A stretch of 32,000 bases of DNA. Source: Nostoc sp. PCC 7120 = FACHB-418. GTDB lineage: Bacteria > Cyanobacteriota > Cyanobacteriia > Cyanobacteriales > Nostocaceae. Both the position numbers and the translations under genes were made by a program. Below are positions 25,215 through 32,000 of this stretch, piece by piece (the stretch's first letter is position 1; every line of letters begins with the position of its first letter). The DNA lies in assembly GCF_000009705.1 (NCBI RefSeq), contig NC_003272.1:900001-932000 (forward strand). The letters run 5' to 3'. The notes under the pieces were generated by a model. The model was not told the DNA's origin and made no database searches. It saw nothing but the letters and a program-made list of their open reading frames with translations.

Positions 25215-28200
25215 TAACTTGTGACGGCTAATGCACCAGCGATCGCACTAGCGACCAGAGAGGAGAAAGCTGCACCGAATAGCCACCAAGCAGCGCTAGC
25301 GACGGTTTTTCTGGTTTCTTCTACTTGTTTTCTAGCTTGCTGTCTCACAGCTTTGATACGCTTTTGGGCTTCTTGTTGGATGCGTCCGGCGCGATGTAGG
25401 ACGCTATCCCGTGCGGCTTCGATTTGGTCGATGATGCGGTTAACATCTTCCTTGGCGATATCTTCACGGGAACTGAGAACCGCAACTAGGGTATCACGGT
25501 CAAATTGACTGAGGCGATCGCCTAAGGCCTCTAATCCGGCTTGTGGGTCATCAAATAATTTAGCGAAGTCTTGACGGATGCTTTCATAGTTGAGTTCTGG
25601 ACGATCCAGGGAGTTGAGATAGTTGCGAATCCTGTCAAAAACTTGGTCAATTGCTGACTGTAACTTATGCTGAATCTGCTGCACTTGCTCGGTAATGCTG
25701 CTGCGGACTGACTCAATTTGATCGGCGATGCGGTTGGCTTCTTCCTCTGAGATGTCTTCCCGTTGGGATAGTAAAGCCACAATTGTTCCACGGTCAAACT
25801 GAGAAACGCGATCGCCTAAACTACCAATTCCCAAGCGTGGATCTCGCAAGAGTAATTGTAAATCGCGTTTGATTCCTTCTGGGTTTAGTTCTTCTTTGTT
25901 GGTTTGACGCAGATAATCTTCTAGACCGGCTTCAAACTCTACAACCCTTTGAGTAGTGCGTTTAGCAAAACGGCGGGGCGCTCTGATAATATCCCCAATA
26001 GCGTCTTGTAGTTGATCAATCGTCCGATTAACTTGGTCTTCGCTCAAGTTTTGCTGTTGGCTGAGGATTTTGACTAAGGTTTCTCGGTCAATTTGAGATA
26101 ACCGATGTCTCAACGCCACCGCACCTTCTTTGGGGTCGCTGAGTACAGTCGCCAAATCTTGCCTGATACCTTCAGGGTTGAGTTCTTCTAGGTTAGTATT
26201 GCGGAGATAGTTGGCGATCGCTGTGGTAGTTTTTTCATACTGTGCTTTTGCTTGGTCTACCACGGCTTGGGGTGCTTGTAAAACGCTATCTCTGACGGCT
26301 TCTACCTGATCAATAATTTGATTAATTTGCTCCTCGCTTAAGTCTTGACGCTGATTGAGCAACTGTACTAAAGTATCACGGTCAAATTGAGATAAGCGCG
26401 ACTGTAACAGGTTAATTCCCACTTGGGGGTCTTCTAATAACACTCGCAAATCCCGCTTAATTGCGTCAGGATTCAACTCTTCTTTGTTGGTGTGACGCAG
26501 ATATTCTTCTACCCTTTGCCATAGTTCATTGGCTTTGGTGGTCGCCTGTTCTTGGGTTTCTCTGGCTTGATTGAGAAAATTATCGCGGATGCTTTCGAGT
26601 TGACTAACAATATTATTAGCCTCTTCTTCGCTGAAGTCTTGACGTTGCAACAATACTTGTACAAAGGCTTCTCGGTCAAAACCTTGCAAGCGAGTACTGA
26701 TATCTGCAAACTCCTGCGTTGCTTCCGTTAACAAATTACCAAAATCTCGGTCAATTGTCTCAGGATTCAGTTCTTGCTTACCAGTAGCACGGAGGTAATT
26801 TTCGATGCGGTTGCGAATTTCGTAACCTTTTTCGATTTTCTCCGATTGCTGGACTGTTTCTAAAACTTGCTGACGAATACTCTCCATTTCTTGAGCAATT
26901 TCTTTCACCTTAGCTTCCGTCAGGTCGCCTCGTTGTGTCAGCCAGTTAGTAAAATCATCTGGGTTTAATTGTTCAATTTGCTGGCGGACATCTGTAGGAT
27001 CTGCCTCTGGGTCGTAGATGACATCTTGAAATTCATTTCTAATGGTGATGCGGTTAAAATGCCAAGGAAAAGAATTGCGGATGTAGTCTTCTACGTCTGT
27101 TTTGATAGTGTTATCACTTGGGGGTGAGAATCTGTGACTAATTTGCTCAGTAGTTTTCTCTCGAATCTGTTGCAATTGTTTGGTGATTCTCTCGACATCA
27201 ATATCTTGAACTTTGTCTCGTAACTGTTGCAGTTGATTGGTAATTCTGTCTACATCGATATCAGAAATATCTACCCGATCTAGTACTGCTGGTACGGCGG
27301 CGCTGATGCCAAATTTCACCGCTTGCTGCATCATTCCATTTCTACCATTACCGTTTTTCCTAGATGTAACTAGTTGTTGTAAACGTTCACCCAAATCTTC
27401 CGCCTTTAACTCTTCTGGTGTAGCAGATTGCAGTAAATTAATTACTTGTTCGGTGGGATTTTTGCGGTTAGAAACTTGCTGCCAAGCTGCTTGTAGTTGG
27501 TCTGCAATTTGGTTGATATTAGCTGGAGATAAATTGGTGCGATCGCTAATTAAATCGATAAATGTTTGGCGATTCACATTTTGTAGTAAATCACCATCAC
27601 CAAGGGATTGCCAATCTACATCACCCAATATTTTGTCAAACTGACTGCGAATTTCGTTTAAATTTAGTTGTGGGACTTGTAGTGCTGATAAAGAACTTTG
27701 CAGGGTATTTCTAATAGTATCCTGGTCAAAACCTGAGGTTAATTCGCGCCGGACTGCGGCTGTGATATCTTCTGCTGTGGATACCATTTGGTTTTTAGTG
27801 GTTGCTGCACCAATAGCACTAGTAGCCGTGCCTGTTAGAGCTTGTAACCCGGAGCTAACTGTGCTGATAATTGAACCTAGAAAAGAACCCACAGCAGAAG
27901 AACCCAACCAAATTATTAAAAAGAAATAGGTAGACCAAATGACTACACCACTAATTACCCCTAATGTTGTATTTTCGATCAAGGTCAATTTTACTGCTAA
28001 GAAAGTAGCAGCAAATAAAGCAATACTTGCTGTGACTATTGCCCAACCACCAACTTTTGCTTCTACTTCTCGAACTTGCTTACCAAGACTTTCTGATTCG
28101 TCATCATCATCACTATAGGGATTTTTGCCGTAAGTAGAGATACCAACGGCGACAGAAAGATTAGTTAGTAGTAAATGGAAGGCGATCGCCATCAAAGTAC

Positions 28201-28345
28201 CAGCTAATAAAGCCACTAGGATTTTTGTCCCAGAAAAACTTATAGGGACTGTGCTAGGAGCTATTACTTCCGGCAATTTATTTGTGCCTGCTATTCCCAA
28301 GGAGAACCAGGAATAAATTAAAAAACTATCCAAATTGTAGAACAT
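25214..28345 (-). CDS. Large membrane protein: polytopic N-terminus, ~850-aa helical repeat region (98-aa period), C-terminal TM anchor
   Basis: 1043-aa ORF. N-terminal hydrophobic helices lie within residues ~41-165, and a C-terminal helix is AAWWLFGAAFSSLVASAIAGALAV. The [NDE]YLR anchor Tyr falls at residues 517, 615, 713, 811 and 909. Several HIP1 sites are present. Confidence 0.85.
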   Translation of the reverse strand: MFYNLDSFLIYSWFSLGIAGTNKLPEVIAPSTVPISFSGTKILVALLAGTLMAIAFHLLLTNLSVAVGISTYGKNPYSDDDDESESLGKQVREVEAKVGGWAIVTASIALFAATFLAVKLTLIENTTLGVISGVVIWSTYFFLIIWLGSSAVGSFLGSIISTVSSGLQALTGTATSAIGAATTKNQMVSTAEDITAAVRRELTSGFDQDTIRNTLQSSLSALQVPQLNLNEIRSQFDKILGDVDWQSLGDGDLLQNVNRQTFIDLISDRTNLSPANINQIADQLQAAWQQVSNRKNPTEQVINLLQSATPEELKAEDLGERLQQLVTSRKNGNGRNGMMQQAVKFGISAAVPAVLDRVDISDIDVDRITNQLQQLRDKVQDIDVERITKQLQQIREKTTEQISHRFSPPSDNTIKTDVEDYIRNSFPWHFNRITIRNEFQDVIYDPEADPTDVRQQIEQLNPDDFTNWLTQRGDLTEAKVKEIAQEMESIRQQVLETVQQSEKIEKGYEIRNRIENYLRATGKQELNPETIDRDFGNLLTEATQEFADISTRLQGFDREAFVQVLLQRQDFSEEEANNIVSQLESIRDNFLNQARETQEQATTKANELWQRVEEYLRHTNKEELNPDAIKRDLRVLLEDPQVGINLLQSRLSQFDRDTLVQLLNQRQDLSEEQINQIIDQVEAVRDSVLQAPQAVVDQAKAQYEKTTTAIANYLRNTNLEELNPEGIRQDLATVLSDPKEGAVALRHRLSQIDRETLVKILSQQQNLSEDQVNRTIDQLQDAIGDIIRAPRRFAKRTTQRVVEFEAGLEDYLRQTNKEELNPEGIKRDLQLLLRDPRLGIGSLGDRVSQFDRGTIVALLSQREDISEEEANRIADQIESVRSSITEQVQQIQHKLQSAIDQVFDRIRNYLNSLDRPELNYESIRQDFAKLFDDPQAGLEALGDRLSQFDRDTLVAVLSSREDIAKEDVNRIIDQIEAARDSVLHRAGRIQQEAQKRIKAVRQQARKQVEETRKTVASAAWWLFGAAFSSLVASAIAGALAVTS

Positions 28346-28611
28346 AGGATTCTTATACCTTACGTCCGATAGATGAAAGACCCATTACTTTATAAAGGGC
28401 TTATCTCTTAGCTTAGTTATTGTTTGTAATGCTCTACACTTTCTCAGGTAATAACCACATTCATCAAAAGTTATATCTTTTGTTGAGCTATTTAAATATA
28501 GCAATTATTAATTAAGGGAAGTACATACCTAATGTTTTTAAACTCGGAGATGTGCGGAGATTGGACAATTTTATTAGTATTGTATTCAGTACTTTAGCCG
28601 ATTAGGAAATG

Positions 28612-28649
28612 CCCTAATAAAAATAATTATTTTTAAAAATTATTTAGGG
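28612..28649. promoter_or_regulatory. AT-rich palindromic block CCCTAA-N26-TTAGGG in the divergent control region
   Basis: The perfect 16-bp palindrome AAAAATAATTATTTTT (28619-28634) and an overlapping TTTTTAAAAA are bracketed by CCCTAA (28612-17) and TTAGGG (28644-49). Its function is unknown. Confidence 0.3.
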
Positions 28650-28923
28650 ATTTACAAGCATAATATATAAGGATTATATGAAAATAGCTTAAATAATATT
28701 TTTGTCTACGACATGGCGAGTTTTACAAACCATTTATTCTTTATTTATGTATTATTTTGACTTTACAAAAAATATCTATATCTAATGGCAGACCTATAAA
28801 TTCATCCAACAGATTGATGAAAAGAAGTTAGAACCAAGAGATAAATAGGAAGTAATGAAATCAATTATTTTCTAAAAAATTAATTACCTAATTTTGTCTT
28901 TTGTTGTTTGGAGAATTTAAACA

Positions 28924-30207
28924 ATGGTAGTAGGTGTACATAGACGCGCTGTAGGCGTATTCTCTCATCGTCGAGATGCTGAACAAGCCCTCCACGAATT
29001 GAAACAATCTGGTTTTGCGATGGATAGAATTTCCATCATTGCTCAGGATGCAGACCGGAATGAAGAAATTGCTGGTAGCCCTGTGCGAGAGAAAGTAGGT
29101 GATAAGTCTGACGAGGGTGCTAAAACAGGGGCTATTACTGGCGGTGCTTTAGGCGGATTGGGTGGTTTATTAGTTGGTCTTGGCACTCTAGCAATTCCAG
29201 GAATTGGGCCGATCATGTTAGCAGGTGCAACGGCAACAACCTTGGCTACAACCCTTGCTGGTGCTGGAATTGGTGCCGTGGCTGGTGGTCTATTGGGTGG
29301 ATTGATTGGTTTAGGAATTCCAGAAGAACGAGCTAGAGGTTATGAAGACCGTGTACGCCGTGGTCACTATTTAGTCATAGTAGACGGAACTGATGCAGAA
29401 ATCGCCCAAGCAGAAGCAATCCTGCGCCGTCGTGGCATAGAAGACTACGATATTTATGATGCTCCTGGAACCGCAGCAGCAGCCACTGGTGTTACTCATC
29501 GAGATGTGGCTCCCACAACAACCAGACAAAGAAGCAGAAGAGCAATTGGCGTATTTCCTCACCGTCGAGATGCCGAAGCAGCATTAACAGAATTGCGGGA
29601 TGCAGGCTTCTCCATGAATCAAGTTTCCCTCATCGCTAAAGATAACAGTGGTAACAAAACCACAGGTGCAGGTGCGAACCTTGATCAAGGCAATAAAGCC
29701 GACGAAGGAGCCAAGGCTGGAGCCGCTACAGGCGGAGGTTTAGGCGCTTTAGGCGGCCTATTAGTAGGATTGGGTGCTTTGGCAATTCCCGGCGTTGGGC
29801 CAGTAATTGCGGGTGGTGCAGCCGCTACCGCGATCGCCACAACTTTAGCAGGTGGCGCTCTCGGTGCAGCCGCAGGTGGAATTGTTGGCGGACTCGTGGG
29901 CTTGGGAATCCCGGAAGACAAAGCGCGAGTTTATAGCGATCGCTTCCAAAGAGGTGACTACCTCATCATTGTTGATGGTACAGAAAGCGAAATTCAACAC
30001 GCTGAGGCTATCCTCAAACGTCGCGGTATTCAAGAATACTCTGTTTTTGATGCCACTGATTTACATGATACACACCGCCGAGATGTTGATAGCACAATCA
30101 CAGGCGATCGCGTTTCCTCTACTGTAGGCGATCGTGTTTCCTCTAACGTAGGTCACGACACAGAACCAAGCGTAGTGATTGTTGATCACCGCGAAGAAAG
30201 AATCTAA
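28924..30207 (+). CDS. Internally duplicated YflT/general-stress-protein-17M-like domain protein with glycine-zipper membrane segments
   Basis: Module 1 (aa 8-178) and module 2 (aa 206-377) each have three parts: RA(V/I)GVF.HRRDAE.AL.EL...GF, a Gly-zipper (GGLGGLLVGLG.LAIPG.GP), and GIPE..AR.Y.DR..RG.YL(V/I)IVDGT..EI..AEAIL.RRGI. Confidence 0.8.
   Translation: MVVGVHRRAVGVFSHRRDAEQALHELKQSGFAMDRISIIAQDADRNEEIAGSPVREKVGDKSDEGAKTGAITGGALGGLGGLLVGLGTLAIPGIGPIMLAGATATTLATTLAGAGIGAVAGGLLGGLIGLGIPEERARGYEDRVRRGHYLVIVDGTDAEIAQAEAILRRRGIEDYDIYDAPGTAAAATGVTHRDVAPTTTRQRSRRAIGVFPHRRDAEAALTELRDAGFSMNQVSLIAKDNSGNKTTGAGANLDQGNKADEGAKAGAATGGGLGALGGLLVGLGALAIPGVGPVIAGGAAATAIATTLAGGALGAAAGGIVGGLVGLGIPEDKARVYSDRFQRGDYLIIVDGTESEIQHAEAILKRRGIQEYSVFDATDLHDTHRRDVDSTITGDRVSSTVGDRVSSNVGHDTEPSVVIVDHREERI
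30103..30150 (+). repeat. 24-bp tandem duplication encoding GDRVSS(T/N)V, each copy carrying a HIP1-like core
   Basis: GGCGATCGCGTTTCCTCTACTGTA is followed directly by GGCGATCGTGTTTCCTCTAACGTA. Confidence 0.85.
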
Positions 30208-30303
30208 TCCCATTGATTAACTGAGGGACGTGATGTAACGCGTCTCTCAAGAAACTAAACAAAATCTATCCTCACTAAATTATTGATACCTGGAAATAAA
30301 GAA

Positions 30304-30765
30304 ATGAAAAAGCTAACTCCTCTTCTAATTAGTTCTTTACTAGTGTTTGGTGCTGCGGCTTGTCAAGATGGTGCAAGAACCAGTCAATCTGCACCCGATA
30401 CTACAGCAGAAAATGTACAAGCACCTTCTGCGGAAGCAACCCAAGCTGCTCAACAAGACGCTCAGAGCGAGGTTCGTAGAGATCAACTCAATGCCGATAT
30501 CCGCGCCCGCGAACAACGCAACAATATTACTGGCGGCGATGCACAAAGAGCTGAAGGTGATTTAGCTAGCGAAGTTCGTTCCAAATTAGAGGCGAATATA
30601 CCTAATGGTGCATTAACAGTCCAAGCAGAAGATAATGGTACTGTCACTGTTGGCGGAACTGTCAACAACCAAGACCAGTTGTCTAAAATTGAACCTTTAG
30701 CCAAAGAAATTAAAGGTGTCACCAACGTAGTTGTCAAAGCAGTTGTTGCTCCCCCAAACAGTTAA
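30304..30765 (+). CDS. BON-domain lipoprotein (OsmY-like)
   Basis: MKKLTPLLISSLLVFGAAAC (lipobox), a Gln/Ala-rich linker, then the BON-like segment ALTVQAEDNGTVTVGGTVNNQDQLSKIEPLAKEIKGVTNVVVK. The start is trimmed to ATG 30304. Confidence 0.8.
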   Translation: MKKLTPLLISSLLVFGAAACQDGARTSQSAPDTTAENVQAPSAEATQAAQQDAQSEVRRDQLNADIRAREQRNNITGGDAQRAEGDLASEVRSKLEANIPNGALTVQAEDNGTVTVGGTVNNQDQLSKIEPLAKEIKGVTNVVVKAVVAPPNS

Positions 30766-30882
30766 GGGACTTCCAGCTAAAAAATATCTAATTACTTTGG
30801 TAGCAGGGGAAGCCGGAGGTGCAGAGGGAGAAAGAGTCTTCTCATCGTCTTTGCCATTAACAGTAGATAATTTGTTTTTGTA

Positions 30883-30909
30883 TCAGTAGTTAGTTGTACT
30901 AACTACTGA
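30883..30909 (+). terminator. Intrinsic-terminator-like hairpin after the BON gene
   Basis: TCAGTAGTTAG pairs with CTAACTACTGA (11-bp perfect stem, loop TTGTA). It is followed by GAATTTTCG. Confidence 0.5.
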
Positions 30910-30918
30910 GAATTTTCG

Positions 30919-30948
30919 TTGACAACTGGCGACGGGAATGTTTATGTT
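30919..30948 (+). promoter_or_regulatory. Sigma70-like promoter candidate for the CAAD gene
   Basis: TTGACA (30919-30924), an 18-nt spacer, then TATGTT (30943-30948), about 55 nt upstream of ATG 31003. Confidence 0.3.
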
Positions 30949-31002
30949 TATTTACGTCTAGTGAACTAAAAAAGCTGTTGTAATTACCAACATATAAAAA
31001 CT

Positions 31003-31437
31003 ATGGAAACCGAACAAAAGCAACCGGAATCCTTAAATACCGAAGTATCTCAGGGAACAATAGCACTGTCTAGTGCAGGACAAAGCAACCTACCTCAATT
31101 ACCACCAGCTACAGCAACTACTCCTGAGTGGCAGCAAATTACTAATCAAGTAACGGATTTTTTGGCAGAACTTCCCGAATATTTAGGCAGTTTCTATCAA
31201 CAATACAGCCGCTCTATTCTCACCGTTTTGCTTATCTTAGCGGCACTTGTCACCTTAAAAGTGGTACTAGCTTTATTAGGTGCAATCAATGGTATCCCCT
31301 TGCTAGCCCCCTTCTTTGAGTTGATTGGCCTTAGTTACTCAACATGGTTTACTTTCCGTTATCTCATCAAGTCCTCGACTCGCCAAGAATTAACCGCCGA
31401 AATTAGGACACTGAAATCTCAAGTTTTTGGGGAATAA
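31003..31437 (+). CDS. CAAD-domain protein (CURT1/CurT-like thylakoid membrane protein)
   Basis: FLAELPEYLGSFYQQYSRSILTVLLILAALVTLKVVLALLGAINGIPLLAPFFELIGLSYSTWFTFRYL matches the CAAD two-helix signature. Confidence 0.85.
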   Translation: METEQKQPESLNTEVSQGTIALSSAGQSNLPQLPPATATTPEWQQITNQVTDFLAELPEYLGSFYQQYSRSILTVLLILAALVTLKVVLALLGAINGIPLLAPFFELIGLSYSTWFTFRYLIKSSTRQELTAEIRTLKSQVFGE

Positions 31438-31661
31438 GTTTTACCCAAATAGCTATCAGAAATCATCTGTAACCGAATAGAAACCCGATTTATTAAATTA
31501 AGTCGGGTATTTGGTATTTTTAGGAATTGTATATATCTAAAGAAAGAGGATTTTTTTGAACAATTTATTAAATCACTTCTAAAGATAGTCGATTTGTGAT
31601 CTTTAAAAAGCATAATCTAGTTCTCGAAGTTTTAACAGATTTTTTAACGAGGACAGATTTT

Positions 31662-32000
31662 ATGACTAATGAACCAGTTAAAAGAGCAACCGATTCATCC
31701 GAACGAGCAGAGGCCGATATGTACGATAGAGGCATCGTACCTGCTGAAACCGCCGCACGCAAAGAAAGAGAAGGGGAATTATATAAAACACTTCCTACAG
31801 AAGAAAGGGAAGCCGACGCGCCCACAGATGACCAAACAGATGCCCAAAGTATTCGCACCACAGATGGTTACACAGTAGATAAAGAGGGTTTATTAAACAA
31901 CTACGCGGTTGAACCAGAAATGTACTATGAAGTACCAGGTGATGCTAGGAAAGAAGCGGAAGAGGATACAGCATCACGGGTTCAAGAGTTGGCAGAAGTT
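31662..32000 (+). CDS. Acidic hydrophilic hypothetical protein, 3'-truncated by the window edge (not in the supplied ORF track)
   Basis: ATG 31662, then 113 codons in frame 3 with no stop to nt 32000: MTNEPVKRATDSSERAEADMYDRGIVPAETAARKEREGELYKTLPTEEREADAPTDDQTDAQSIRTTDGYTVDKEGLLNNYAVEPEMYYEVPGDARKEAEEDTASRVQELAEV. The track ORFs overlapping it (31669..31878 +, 31568..31861 -) look spurious. Confidence 0.6.
   Translation, partial: MTNEPVKRATDSSERAEADMYDRGIVPAETAARKEREGELYKTLPTEEREADAPTDDQTDAQSIRTTDGYTVDKEGLLNNYAVEPEMYYEVPGDARKEAEEDTASRVQELAEV

Noticed and set aside
25221-27644. Plus-strand ORFs 25221..25508 and 27237..27644, and the minus-strand out-of-frame ORFs 25531..25797 and 26509..26709
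   Set aside because: All are embedded in the 1043-aa gene, whose periodic repeat structure strongly supports the long frame.
29371-30127. ORFs 29371..29562 (-), 29685..29921 (-, Pro/Ala-rich), 29845..30033 (-) and 29852..30127 (+)
   Set aside because: These are shadow frames of the Gly/Ala-zipper gene. The Pro/Ala-rich product is simply the complement of GGN/GCN codons.
30340-30737. ORFs 30340..30546 (-), 30347..30565 (+) and 30483..30737 (-)
   Set aside because: They are embedded in the BON lipoprotein gene, which has a lipobox and domain logic.
31419-31878. ORFs 31419..31613 (-), 31568..31861 (-) and 31669..31878 (+)
   Set aside because: The frame-3 ORF from 31662 stays open to the window end with a coherent acidic hydrophilic product. 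The alternatives have implausible composition.
1-32000. Heptamer and tandem arrays considered as possible CRISPR arrays; also a search for tRNA/rRNA genes and transposases
   Set aside because: The repeats are contiguous 7-8-mers or 24/54-bp coding repeats with no unique spacers, and no cas-like genes are present. I could recognise no cloverleaf-like or rRNA-like segments and no transposase or integrase ORFs.

Overview
The window looks like a chromosomal segment of a filamentous Nostocales-type cyanobacterium. This is inferred from three things: HIP1 octamers (GCGATCGC) in most genes, STRR-type heptamer arrays in nearly every intergenic spacer, and the presence of psb28 and a CAAD/CurT-like gene. 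I support about 31 protein-coding genes, two of them cut by the window edges. I recognised no rRNA, tRNA, CRISPR array, transposase or integrase. Housekeeping genes (rpe, metF, a plant-type ferredoxin, purN, aroC, bolA-grxD, moaB, psb28) are interleaved with less ordinary loci. (1) A secreted S8 subtilase, an inhibitory-type serpin and a membrane-anchored unknown lie head to tail. The serpin is cut off from a lipoprotein signal peptide by a frameshift at an A8 tract. (2) A 993-aa RTX/cadherin-like calcium-binding protein has a lectin-like domain nested inside one module and lies in a HIP1-free segment. (3) SemiSWEET, radical SAM, CPXCG and SRPBCC genes form a co-directional string. (4) An AT-rich, HIP1-free 603-aa gene encodes seven copies of a ~65-aa module I do not recognise. 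(5) A membrane/stress neighbourhood spans 24.7-32.0 kb and is my best candidate for an undescribed system. It holds psb28, a 1043-aa protein membrane-anchored at both ends with an exact 98-aa repeat period, an internally duplicated YflT-domain/glycine-zipper protein, a BON lipoprotein, a CAAD protein and an acidic partial ORF missing from the track. Small elements include a MITE-like element that supplies the purN stop codon, a 53-nt dispersed element whose orientation relative to transcription is conserved, and G-quadruplex-capable GGGG-tract arrays in divergent promoter regions. All family assignments come from motif recognition by eye. No database search was possible.
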